Positions 51,318-61,431 of a stretch of DNA of 64,000 nt are shown in pieces. The position numbers and the translations under genes are program-made. How positions within the stretch are numbered: the stretch's first letter is position 1; each line of letters opens with the position of its first letter. The DNA is from Paraphysomonas bandaiensis (Eukaryota; Protista; Chrysophyceae), in NCBI GenBank assembly GCA_965644295.1, contig CBFFRP010000413.1, positions 1 through 64,000 on the forward strand, in the 5' to 3' direction. Under the pieces are notes generated by a model that saw only the letters and a program-made list of their open reading frames with translations, did not search any database and was not told the origin of the DNA.

Positions 51318-54300
51318 TCAAACTAGCCACCTAGGTCGCTTGTGGCTTGTTAATTGTGATTTAGGTGTCTCTGAGGTTGTTGATCGCTTTCTGTTGCTGC
51401 TGGATGGGATGTCGAACCCAGCTCCCCCCATCAATGTAGTTCGCAATTGAAGAAAATTAGTTGTTCCTAGTGGTTTCGTGAGAAGATCGGCTAACATTGA
51501 CGTGGTGGGAATATGGTCAACAGTCAATTGGTTTTCGGCAATATTTTCTCGAATGAAATGATACCGTATCGCAATATGTTTCGTACGACGATGATGAGTA
51601 GGATTGTAGCATAATTGGACTGCCCCTTTATTATCGCACCAAATAGTTGTTGAGAATGGAAGTTTGAAACCAATTTCTGATAATAAAGAGCGTAGCCATA
51701 ATGCTTCCTGAGCTGCTGACGATAGAGCCATATACTCAGCTTCAGTAGATGACAATGCCACAGTTGTCTGTAATCGAGATTGCCATGATATAAGACAATT
51801 ACCTATGAAGAATGTAAAAGCTGTAGTGGACCGTCGAGTGAGGTGACATCGTGCCCAATCGCTATCGCAGTATCCTGACAATGTTATGTGGGATCCAGAA
51901 TATATCAATCCTTGCTTAGCAGTGCCTTTGAGATACCTAAGAACATGTAACGCAGCATTACAGGTAGTTAGATTAGGCATATCAGAAAATCTGGCAAGAG
52001 TATTGACTGCGTAGGCGATATCCGGTCGAGTGCATACAGCTAGATACATCAGGGAACCTATGAGCTCCTTGTAGGGGAAATTCTGAACATAACTTTGATT
52101 TGACTCTGAAAGATGATTGTATTCATGTAAATCATAGTTGAAAGACAGTAACATAGGTGTTGACATGGGTTTACTGTTGGACATGTTGAATTTGTCCAGC
52201 AGTTTTCTGACATACTGCTCCTGACTGAGAGTCGTGATATTTTTGTCAAAATCTTGATGAATGGAGATGCCCAAGTAATAATCTAGGAGTCCGAGATCCG
52301 TAATTTCGAACTTTTTGGATAAATGATCTTTGAATTGTTGGATATCAGTGTCGGATGTAGATGCTATAATAATATCGTCCACATACATGGCTATTAGCAT
52401 AATCCTGCCATTAATCTGCTTTTTGAATATACACGGGTCAGATATTAGTCTGGTGAAACCCATATCTAGCATAAAATTTGTACAGCACTTATACCAGTTA
52501 AGACCTGCTTGCTTTAGACCATAGATGCTTTTCATCAGTTTGAGGACTTTTCCGTCAGGGACGTCCATGCCAGGAGGGGGATACATGTATATGTCCTCTT
52601 CGAGGTCAGCATTGATGTACGCAGTTGTGAAATCGATTTGGTGCAATTTGAGTTTCATAATAGTCGAAAGGGCAATAATTGTACGTAGGGATGTAGCCTT
52701 CGCGACGGGGCTGTATGTGTCATTGTAATCGATGCCTTGGATTTGAGTAAAACCCTGTGCGACTAGTCGAGCCTTGAATTTGATATCATTCTGTTTTCTT
52801 TTTATTTTGAATATGAGTTTCCCCTTTATGGCTCTTGCTCCAGGTGGTAACGCAGTGTATCTCCAGCACCCTTTCCTCTGAAGAGTGGATATTTCTCTGT
52901 TGATAGCATCGATCCACTGCTGTTTATATTTACCTGAAATAGCATCTTGAACACTCTTTGGTGTATCAGTTAGCTCGTCAATGTCATCGCAATTACTGAT
53001 AGCATGCATAACAATATCAATATTGTTAGTATGTAATTTTGATATACATTGTGTGTCATGTGCCATATGATTTACTACATGTTTAGCATTTACATCACAT
53101 GTATATACACCATCACCAAGTTTATGTATATTTACGATTACCCGTTTCCTGGCCATTCTCCTGCTTCGGAGAACACTCTTTCTACCAGCTAAAAATTGTT
53201 GTTTTGCTGTAGCACGGACCTTACTTGGCCCTTCAGGTGTACCCTGATTTTCCCAATCTCCCGATGAATCAGCAGGCTTGTTGCAGCGTTTGGCCACACG
53301 CTGACGCACACGATCCACTTGACCGTGTGGTGCCGGATTCGGCACTAGATTCCCATTGAATTGTTTCGAAGGGCGAGTCTTCGCTATCTTTGCATCGGAG
53401 TGGGTAGGTTCACACCGATGGCTGCTGATTCTCTCCTGCGCGGCATCATGATGTCTTCGATTCACGCCACTCCCCCTGGAAGTAGCGGCTGGCGCTGGAG
53501 ATCCATTAACTGTATCGGGGTCTCGATCTGATTTGCTGGATTTATGTATTGGGGTTTTCGATCGAGAAGTATTACATTTGAGACCAACTGCTTTGAGTTC
53601 TATGTATTCTTCAGTGTACTTTTCGACGTCTGCAGCATGAATGGGGTCGTCGAGCTGGATGAGTCGTGTCTTGTCACCGCTGTCGTCCACTAGACCACGA
53701 TACGCTGCGATTAATCCTTTTCTGAGCTTTATTTGAGTTGTTACATATGTTAATCCATCGTCTGGATCTACATGAGCTAGGCCTATGAGATATTTGAAAC
53801 TTTCTACTGTCCTGGAGGTCTCATTCTCTCTGAAGATCTCATTTATCTCTTTAAAATATCTCTTATCCGCTGGTGGAACACATTCGTTGAAAAATACATG
53901 TCCTGATATAACAAAATCTCTTAATGCGGGAACAAAGACTATATATCCAGGACCATCCTCTCGATAGCCCATAAAATACCCAGGCCAGCTATGTCTGTCC
54001 CAATTGTTCTTTCGGAGACTGGAATCGATATTCACAAAGCATTTACATCCCCATATTCTGGCATAACTCAAGTCTGGTATTTCGTTTTCGATAAACTGAA
54101 GTGGAGACATAAATCCTTTAGCTGTTTGACACGGTAACCTGTTCTTGATGTGTATTGTCGCCTTTGAGGCTTGTTCCCAGAAATTCGGTGGGAGTCCAGA
54201 GTCGATAAGGCTGCTGAGTGCTCGTTCTTTAGTTGTCCGCCATGATCGCTCTTGGAATGGGTTATCCTCGGGGGTATACGGGGAGTTGAAAGTCCATGTA

Positions 54301-56312
54301 GCCCCTATTGATTGAAGATACTCTAGAACTTTTCTTGATACCAGCTCCTTCCCCCCATCCGCATGATAATGTTGTAGTCGTTTGCCTTTACTATGTAGAT
54401 ACATGACAACTTTCTGGATGGATTGGATGACGAAATCTTCATCTCTCGTTGGTCCGTAGGAGTCCCATTGGTGTCTGGAAGCTACATCTGTCATCCCGAG
54501 TATGTAACGGTTGCCAGTAATGATTGCCTCTGGTGCATGGGGTCCAGAAAAATCGGCTACTACTAGCTCCCCCAGCTCATTTGCTCTTCTTACACGCTTG
54601 AGCAGCATTTGTCTGATAGCGTGTCTATGTTTTCGGCGATGAGATTTACCACTAGCACAACCATCACATAGGCCACCCGGTAAAGAAGTAGCATTCATCT
54701 CCGACTTCGTTAACTTAATACCCGTTACTAATTTTGACTGTACAGCTTTCTGTATGAGTCCAATTGAAGAATGTGCCAATCTCTTATGTGCTAGAGTTGC
54801 GAGTGGGCCTGAAGCAGTTGAAGCAAGGTGGGATTCGTCAATAGGAGTACCGAGGTCTGTTAATGGAATTTCATATAGGCCTCCAACTCCCTTACCCTTT
54901 GATAGCAGTATTTCATCTTTATATATCTCAACTGATTGGTTTCCGAACAAGATTTTATACCCTAGGTCATCTAATTGGCTGATGGACACGAGTGTCCTCG
55001 AAGCATGGTCCACGTGCTTGCACTTGGGGATAATACCAAGTCTTCCATGTCCTGAAGAGGTCATAGTCGATCCTGACTTAGCTGTTTGAATGTCGGTGAG
55101 GCATTCCTCATAATTGGTGATGTATCCGGCTTCAGGTGTGATGGAGACTGTGCAGCCAGAATCAAGGGTTCCCATTCCGGCTTCTTGATCAAAAACGAAG
55201 TTCGTTTGGTCGTTTGTTGGATATCCGACTCCTCCGAAGTCTCGTCCTTTCTGTTGTAATGGACCACTGTCTTCATAATCTGCAAACTGGTCGGATTCGT
55301 CGTTTTCAGTGCTCTGGTGGGTCTGGAATCTAACTTTTTTGAATTTCCTACTGGTTGATTTGTTTCCAGAGGAACTCTTCATTTGTTGGATCCTTTCCCA
55401 TGAGTGTTTGCATTCTGAAGCGATGTGTCCTTTTCCATCGCATCGGAAACACTTAATGTCCTTGTCAGTTCTCTTGTCATGTTTCGGTTTATTGGAACGG
55501 TTTCTGAAAGATGTCCCCTTTTTGCGCTTGGAATTCACTTTACTTTTGAAAAATGGGGGTTTTGAGGCTGCAAGCTGAATACTGTCGGTTTTTGTTTCTT
55601 CGTTGCTTGACAAGAGCATTCCTACAGACGAGCTTCCTAATCCGCGTAGTCTGCGTATGAGTGTTTTGTAGTCATCGATAGGGTGCATCTGCAGGTTGAT
55701 TGCCAGTTCACGATACGTCATATTTTCTTTGGATACCAGGCCTTGTCGAATGCGTGAGATGAGATCTTGGTCACTTATCCGATGACCATAATTAATCAGC
55801 TTGTTTCGGAGCTTTTCGACAGCGTCAAGAAAGTTGATTATCGACTGACCTTTTTTGATTTTTATGCTCTGAAACTGGCCAATCAGATCAGTGATGACGT
55901 CGTTAGTCGTTTTTTCTTTGAAGTGGTTGAGCAAGTCCGTCCAGGCGGTTTTACCGTCTCCATCGGGGACGTTCTCCAAAATCCCTTCAGCCTCTTCATT
56001 CTGACCAATGATAGAGCTTGCAATGACTGACCATAGGTAGTTATTACCTTCATCATAATATCGTTTCGCATCCTGATACTGTTCGAGTCGATACTGGTAG
56101 TCCTCGTCATCTGAGTTTTCTCCTGCTTCAGGCTCAATTGGATGATCGTTCTGTAGAGTATAAACGATCTTAGGCTTGCGATAGAACCATGCACGGCACT
56201 TCTTCTGCCACCTGGAGAAGTTCTTCGCATCGAATTTTGGCATTGAGTCCTTTCGCTTGTCGGTTGTCGAATCCGAGTCGGTTGAGTCGTAACTTGTAAC
56301 TTGAACTGACAT
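51318..56312 (-). CDS. Copia Gag-Pol polyprotein (gag-PR-IN-RT-RNaseH)
   Basis: CFRCDGKGHIASEC knuckle; LDSGCT protease; HKRLAH..CDGC; integrase ADFSGP / HADGGKE / QERSWR; RT MYVDD; RNase H YCDSDWA, TEAEY, ADLLTK. Confidence 0.97.
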   Translation of the reverse strand: MSVQVTSYDSTDSDSTTDKRKDSMPKFDAKNFSRWQKKCRAWFYRKPKIVYTLQNDHPIEPEAGENSDDEDYQYRLEQYQDAKRYYDEGNNYLWSVIASSIIGQNEEAEGILENVPDGDGKTAWTDLLNHFKEKTTNDVITDLIGQFQSIKIKKGQSIINFLDAVEKLRNKLINYGHRISDQDLISRIRQGLVSKENMTYRELAINLQMHPIDDYKTLIRRLRGLGSSSVGMLLSSNEETKTDSIQLAASKPPFFKSKVNSKRKKGTSFRNRSNKPKHDKRTDKDIKCFRCDGKGHIASECKHSWERIQQMKSSSGNKSTSRKFKKVRFQTHQSTENDESDQFADYEDSGPLQQKGRDFGGVGYPTNDQTNFVFDQEAGMGTLDSGCTVSITPEAGYITNYEECLTDIQTAKSGSTMTSSGHGRLGIIPKCKHVDHASRTLVSISQLDDLGYKILFGNQSVEIYKDEILLSKGKGVGGLYEIPLTDLGTPIDESHLASTASGPLATLAHKRLAHSSIGLIQKAVQSKLVTGIKLTKSEMNATSLPGGLCDGCASGKSHRRKHRHAIRQMLLKRVRRANELGELVVADFSGPHAPEAIITGNRYILGMTDVASRHQWDSYGPTRDEDFVIQSIQKVVMYLHSKGKRLQHYHADGGKELVSRKVLEYLQSIGATWTFNSPYTPEDNPFQERSWRTTKERALSSLIDSGLPPNFWEQASKATIHIKNRLPCQTAKGFMSPLQFIENEIPDLSYARIWGCKCFVNIDSSLRKNNWDRHSWPGYFMGYREDGPGYIVFVPALRDFVISGHVFFNECVPPADKRYFKEINEIFRENETSRTVESFKYLIGLAHVDPDDGLTYVTTQIKLRKGLIAAYRGLVDDSGDKTRLIQLDDPIHAADVEKYTEEYIELKAVGLKCNTSRSKTPIHKSSKSDRDPDTVNGSPAPAATSRGSGVNRRHHDAAQERISSHRCEPTHSDAKIAKTRPSKQFNGNLVPNPAPHGQVDRVRQRVAKRCNKPADSSGDWENQGTPEGPSKVRATAKQQFLAGRKSVLRSRRMARKRVIVNIHKLGDGVYTCDVNAKHVVNHMAHDTQCISKLHTNNIDIVMHAISNCDDIDELTDTPKSVQDAISGKYKQQWIDAINREISTLQRKGCWRYTALPPGARAIKGKLIFKIKRKQNDIKFKARLVAQGFTQIQGIDYNDTYSPVAKATSLRTIIALSTIMKLKLHQIDFTTAYINADLEEDIYMYPPPGMDVPDGKVLKLMKSIYGLKQAGLNWYKCCTNFMLDMGFTRLISDPCIFKKQINGRIMLIAMYVDDIIIASTSDTDIQQFKDHLSKKFEITDLGLLDYYLGISIHQDFDKNITTLSQEQYVRKLLDKFNMSNSKPMSTPMLLSFNYDLHEYNHLSESNQSYVQNFPYKELIGSLMYLAVCTRPDIAYAVNTLARFSDMPNLTTCNAALHVLRYLKGTAKQGLIYSGSHITLSGYCDSDWARCHLTRRSTTAFTFFIGNCLISWQSRLQTTVALSSTEAEYMALSSAAQEALWLRSLLSEIGFKLPFSTTIWCDNKGAVQLCYNPTHHRRTKHIAIRYHFIRENIAENQLTVDHIPTTSMLADLLTKPLGTTNFLQLRTTLMGGAGFDIPSSSNRKRSTTSETPKSQLTSHKRPRWLV

Positions 56313-56322
56313 CTCGCTACCA
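56313..56322 (-). promoter_or_regulatory. Primer-binding site TGGTAGCGAG (initiator tRNA-Met type)
   Basis: Directly follows the 5' LTR and directly precedes the ATG; TGGTAGC matches the 3' end of eukaryotic tRNAiMet. Confidence 0.8.
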
Positions 56323-56587
56323 AATAAAGAATTGATCTTTATAATAGTAAAACAATGTTGTGATTATTAGAGTGTAAGTAATGAACACGATAGAGTGAAA
56401 ATTATGAATAACAATATAGAACGTACTATCATGCACAACGGAATAGTTAGAAGTGTAACTGATAATGACGACGTTATGATGACGATCACGTATCTTCGAC
56501 AGATACTCTCTCTAATTCAGTTCATGGTATATTTCATTGAACATTATAACTCACAGATACAATCATGTATTAAGCTGAATCCTAATA
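56323..56587 (-). repeat. 5' LTR
   Basis: Identical to the 3' LTR. Confidence 0.95.
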
Positions 56588-57507
56588 GAAAGCTGCTTGT
56601 GCGTCACCGCAAGTACCAAGGTGCAATCACTTTCGCTCTATCACTCAAAGCAAACGCAGCGAGAAAGCAGAATGTTGATATACCTGACATCTGCTGACTT
56701 CAGGGTTTTTGAGTCCGTAAGAAGGTGAACAGCCCGGATGCTTGAATTCAGCAGATAGCCCAATACCCCTGATAGCCTTGAGGTGGACCCATTCCCTGAC
56801 GCCTGTCTATTCGTCAGGGCCCAAAGACGTCTACACAAGTGACATTTAATTTGTATTAGGCTATGAGTGGGCAGAAGAATATCTACTGACTATATAATAT
56901 GTAATTCACGCTCCTAGTTTCCCAGAGAAAAACCTCCAAAAATCCCACGAAAGGTGCGAGTCCGACTTTGTTGAGGGCGGAAATAGTTATTTGCTAAGGA
57001 GTAGTGTTATTGATTATCATGTGATATTAATGACTAGTATTAATAATGGAATCTATGGAGGAGGTTACTTACTGATTAATGATACTAATATATTGCAATA
57101 GTATTGTTGGACCGGTTTAAAAACTCCATCAATACTATTGACGGAACGCTATCTCACAATTGTATTGCAATATATTTTTCCCTTTCCCTGAGTTGAATTG
57201 ACTATCAATGCTATTTGGTTGTCACTAAATATTCATCCAACAAGTAGTATGAGTACATAGGGAGCAGGAACAGATTATCATCACTTACCCGTTCTTTTAA
57301 ATGTGGGAAGCCTATTAAAAGAAAGTTCCCAAGTAATAGTGCATTTATATGACTTAGTACTCATTACACAGTATTCAGAACACGCACACTGTTCAAGTCT
57401 GCAAAACTACTAGCTATACTTGCCCCAATCCCACAGTGTAGGCTCGTCGGTAACAAAATCGCACAATAAGGTGGTGTGTTCTATAACATTGTATCTCTAA
57501 AATGAGC

Positions 57508-57903
57508 TCAATACTGCTTCGCAGCGGTTGATTTTGCCCATTCTTGAAGAATTCTACACGTTCTAGCCCCACAAACCGTGCTCCCAGATTTCTTATTGTA
57601 GAAAAAAGGTACACCGCCGCATTTTTCCTCACCACCCAGAGCTCTATACAAATCTTGATTTGTCGCATTACCGTAAACTTCCTTCCTGGTAATCTGTTTA
57701 CCCAAAGCAAATTCTAAGCAGGTAACGGCAGGTGCCACATGAGCAGTATATGGACAAGACGCACCATAGAAGAATATTAAATCATCGTCTAATTCGAAAG
57801 AGTTTATTTTGTCTTTAATTTCGAGTAACTTAGTCTGCTTCATGTCCTCTATTCTCTGAAGGTCTTTAAGTAGAGAGTGGGTGGCATCGTCATTATCAAC
57901 CAT
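57508..57903 (-). CDS. Small thioredoxin/glutaredoxin-fold protein (CPYT active site, CGGVPFFYN motif)
   Basis: FFYGASCPYTAHV...EVYGNATN...CGGVPFFYNKKSGSTVCGA; intronless, 131 aa. Confidence 0.8.
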   Translation of the reverse strand: MVDNDDATHSLLKDLQRIEDMKQTKLLEIKDKINSFELDDDLIFFYGASCPYTAHVAPAVTCLEFALGKQITRKEVYGNATNQDLYRALGGEEKCGGVPFFYNKKSGSTVCGARTCRILQEWAKSTAAKQY

Positions 57904-58251
57904 TTTGGAAATTCTAATATTTTAATCTGAAATACGACTTCTTAAACAGTTGTACAGGTTTGCATGTTAAGGTTAGGATTAGCTGGCTTGTACCTTGTAC
58001 TCTGTATCTTCACATGTCGGTATACCCATGGGTATACGGTATACGGTATAGTTGGAATTCTTGCTTTGTCAGACATTTTTGAGTCCGTATTTCATAGAAT
58101 ACCATGGAATACTGTATTTTCCTACTTTTTACTGGTTTACTTTCTTTCTTTTTTTGCCAAGAGTGAGTGGATTAAAAGTAACTAAGACACAGCATGCATA
58201 TATATATATTCGTGCTCTGGGGTAGATATGTCGTCGGAGAGCTGAGTCGAG

Positions 58252-59016
58252 ATGTCAGGTCTAAATGATGAGAGTGAGGGAAGTGATCAGGTCTATGAGG
58301 ATGACTCAAGAAAAGTGTTTGTTTCCCGTCTGCCCCCTTCATGGACGGAGGAGCATCTGAAATCTCATTTTGAGGCATGCTTTGGGACAGTTGACTGTGC
58401 ATCTATTAAATGGGATGATGATAACAACTGCAGTCTCGGTTTTGGTTTTGTAACTTTCGAATCTGAACAATTAAAAGAAAAGGCGGTTCTACAAGGCTGT
58501 ATACATGCTAAACGCCGCACTATTCATATCCGTCCTGTTGAGCGCACAGATGGATCACAAGGGAGAGGTAGAGATTGTGGAATATGTTACATGTGGCAGA
58601 AGTCCGCCTGTGTTCGCGGAAATACCTGTAAATTTCTTCATGAAGGACCAGGGGCATGTATCACCCAGTCAGCCCCTGGAGAGGGCAAGAGAAATAAATG
58701 TTTGTCATATAAAACCAAAGGGAAATGTTCTAAAGGCAATTCTTGTCCATTTTTGCATATGAGAAATCCGCTTGCTGAGAGTTCCAACTTAAGTGTCCAG
58801 ACTGAAAACAAGATTTGTCATTCGTTTAAGAAAAAAGGAAAATGCCGATATGGTGAAGACTGCATGTTCTCTCATTGTGTAGATGCTACGAAAAAGAAGA
58901 AACCAGAAAATTGTGTGGGAAAGAAGCGTAGAATAGATGGAGATGTATTGGTTCGCAGAAAGAAGTCGTTAGTTGGACCCAGTGCAAATTCGTTAGTTAG
59001 TGAAATATCCTCGTAA
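58252..59016 (+). CDS. RRM plus three CCCH zinc-finger RNA-binding protein
   Basis: RNP2 KVFVSRLP, RNP1 LGFGFVTF; three C-x7-C-x5-C-x3-H fingers (CYMWQKSACVRGNTCKFLH and two more). Confidence 0.9.
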   Translation: MSGLNDESEGSDQVYEDDSRKVFVSRLPPSWTEEHLKSHFEACFGTVDCASIKWDDDNNCSLGFGFVTFESEQLKEKAVLQGCIHAKRRTIHIRPVERTDGSQGRGRDCGICYMWQKSACVRGNTCKFLHEGPGACITQSAPGEGKRNKCLSYKTKGKCSKGNSCPFLHMRNPLAESSNLSVQTENKICHSFKKKGKCRYGEDCMFSHCVDATKKKKPENCVGKKRRIDGDVLVRRKKSLVGPSANSLVSEISS

Positions 59017-59099
59017 AATAGTAGATACGAATCACGTTCCCGTACTGGTTCTTGCTAAGAAACTAATGACACGATATTCAGATCTCACACGATATATGT

Positions 59100-59735
59100 A
59101 AAATATTTATAGTTACCTAGTAGCGAAATGTTTTCGTATTTGGAATTGAGTTATAGTACAATCTATCATTGCTGGCTATCTGGGTATATACCCGGATCAA
59201 TTTCTGTGTACGACGTCATAATTCCATATCATATTGCTGACAGCGGGGCCGGTTCATCTTCAATATTAGAATTCACTCCCACAGAGCCACCAAGAAGTTA
59301 CGACATCAACTTGACATTCAGTACAAGTAGCGTTGTGAAGCGGTCGTTCAGCCAAAAATATCATGACACACTTGCGACTAGGAATGACCCCACGATGCCT
59401 CGAACTGTTGCTGTCTTGTGGACCGCAAAGACAGTGCAACAGGTCATCGATGATGGACCGTCCGATTATGACGAGAATGAGGACGACGGTAACGAAGAGT
59501 TGGAATACTTAGAGCGCTAGTTGCTGCATTGTTTTTGGGTTTTCATCATCATGTTGTAACCTCTACTGACTAACTAGTAACTAGATACTAGATACTACTG
59601 ATCGAGCTAATGTTTTCTTCTTAGCGCCCAATATAATATATCAATATATTGCAATATAATTATTATTTACTATTGGTCTTTAAAGTATTATTATCATTAT
59701 TTTTTATTTTTGCTGGCAATATATTGTTATCCCCA
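59100..59735 (+). mobile_element. hAT-like 3' relic
   Basis: STSSVVKRSFS...LWTAKTVQQVIDD resembles the other hAT C-termini; the end sequence resembles 5440-5526. Confidence 0.5.
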
Positions 59736-60429
59736 TTTTGTCTCAAAAAATGCTTTTTTTTGACCTGATTTGGGCTCAACAGGGCGCTCATATCAGCACC
59801 GGGAAAATATAGACATTCAAGCTCACTTCTATCTTCATTATGATAATGACAGTCGAATGTACGTGATTTTATTATAGTACACAATTATAGAGAAACCACA
59901 ATCATGAGCCAAATATCAAGAGCAGATCATTCAACACTCCAGGTTATATTCCATCCTTCGACTGCTGTAGAAGATCACAACGATGTCAGTGCAAGTGATC
60001 TGTCTTCATATCCAGGACTTCGAAACAACTTCAAGAATATTACAGGAGAGTTTAAGTACCATATCTGATGCTATATAGGTGGTTAGGAGCAGTGGCACCC
60101 AGTTCTTTCAGGGTTGGGGCCATACCATGCTTCTCAGGATGTTGTGTGTCTCATATCATACACACATCCTTCGATAAGGTGCACTTGCAGAGGTAAAGCC
60201 TGCTGTATATAAATGTGATGATGATGCTAATAAAGGCAATAAGAAGCCTCTCTGTCATCTTCAACTGTTTACATTTATCATCACACTTACAGTATACATA
60301 TCATTCATTTGAAACTATATGAGTTCTCATTTGTGTTATTAATGTTAATCAAGGAACATCTATTTCTTAATACAGCAAGCATGCTACAAATAGCTATACA
60401 ATCTAATATTAACTTTTCAACGTCATGAG

Positions 60430-60570
60430 GATAAGCTACAATTTAACCTAGGGATAAGGAGTATCGTCCCTTGTCTAAATTTTAAAACTCGGGCTTTTCG
60501 CCCTCGTTTCAAAATTTTGAGCGCGGGACGTTATAGCCTCCTTATTGACCGTGGTTAAATATAACTATAC
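60430..60570. repeat. Imperfect palindromic (fold-back) element of about 140 bp
   Basis: Nested complementary blocks TTTAACC/GGTTAAA, ATAAGGAG/CTCCTTAT, CGTCCC/GGGACG, AAATTTT/AAAATTT around a central GGGC...GCCC. Confidence 0.7.
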
Positions 60571-60927
60571 CGACCCTGGCTGACAGGATTGCAGGATAGT
60601 TGTGATCAGTCGTGAGGAGACAATGTCGATGATCTCAACAAAATTAGAATGATATCACTTACAAGCTATTAGCCATGTATATCACTTTCTTTAGCGAGCT
60701 TTCTTTTTTAGCTCTGAAAATCTGAAATAGACATGTATTTCAGTTTCTAACGTCACATGGCATAAATAGATAATTCATCCTATTACCACAATTATCTTGC
60801 ATTCTATTCTTATGAAAAGTATAGTATTTTTTATTTACTGATTTTAACTATTATTTTTATCTCATGGGACTACGACGTAGAGAATCCTCAGAGCATACAT
60901 ACGTGACGGTTGTTCTAAAGCACTCAT

Positions 60928-61431
60928 ATATATTGAAAGTCTTATTATTAGCAATAAGCGTTAAAAATCTGCACCAACTTAGGAGCTAGATAAATGCTAG
61001 ACAAACTAGTTAGACCTCTACCTGTAACTAATCAGTACACACTTTTTTTATCCTACTATATTTAACGCTACGGAAGCTGCTTGTGCGTCGCCGCAAGCAC
61101 CAAGGTGAGACCACTTCCTCTCTGAGTTCTTAAGGTTAACATCCCGGATGCTTGACTTCAGCAGGCAGCCCAATACCCCGGATGCCCTCTTGAGGTGGGC
61201 CCATTCCCGGATGCCTGTTTATTCGTCAGGGCCCAAAGACGTCTACACAAGTGACACTTATTGGTGTCCCTTGTACCACACAAGCATTCGGCTATGAGTG
61301 GGCAGAAGAATATCTGCTGACTATATAATATGTTGTTCACGCTAGTTTCCCAGAGAGAATCTCTCCGGTACTTATCCCCCAGAACACCACACTAAAAGGT
61401 GCGAGTCCGACTTTAAATTGTTGAGGGACGC
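60928..61431 (-). mobile_element. Full-length SINE-like copy with TSD
   Basis: GCACTCAT at 60920-60927 and 61432-61439; 5' end CCCTCAACA; 3' end AATAATAAGACTTTCAATATAT. Confidence 0.85.

Larger units (their letters stand above)
50853..56587 (-). mobile_element. Intact Ty1/copia LTR retrotransposon (5735 bp)
   Basis: Identical 265-bp LTRs; TSD GAAAG (50848-50852 and 56588-56592); PBS, PPT and a single gag-pol ORF. Confidence 0.97.
50770..56977 (-). mobile_element. SINE-like copy (50770-50852 plus 56588-56977) split by a copia insertion
   Basis: Joining the flanks restores CTACGAAAGCTGCTTGTGCGTCACCGCAAG, as in the uninterrupted copies. Confidence 0.85.

Noticed and set aside
61200-61360. Hammerhead ribozyme in the SINE (CTGACGA on the minus strand; a hairpin followed by GAAAC)
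   Set aside because: The two core boxes are in the wrong order and spacing and do not flank a common stem II.
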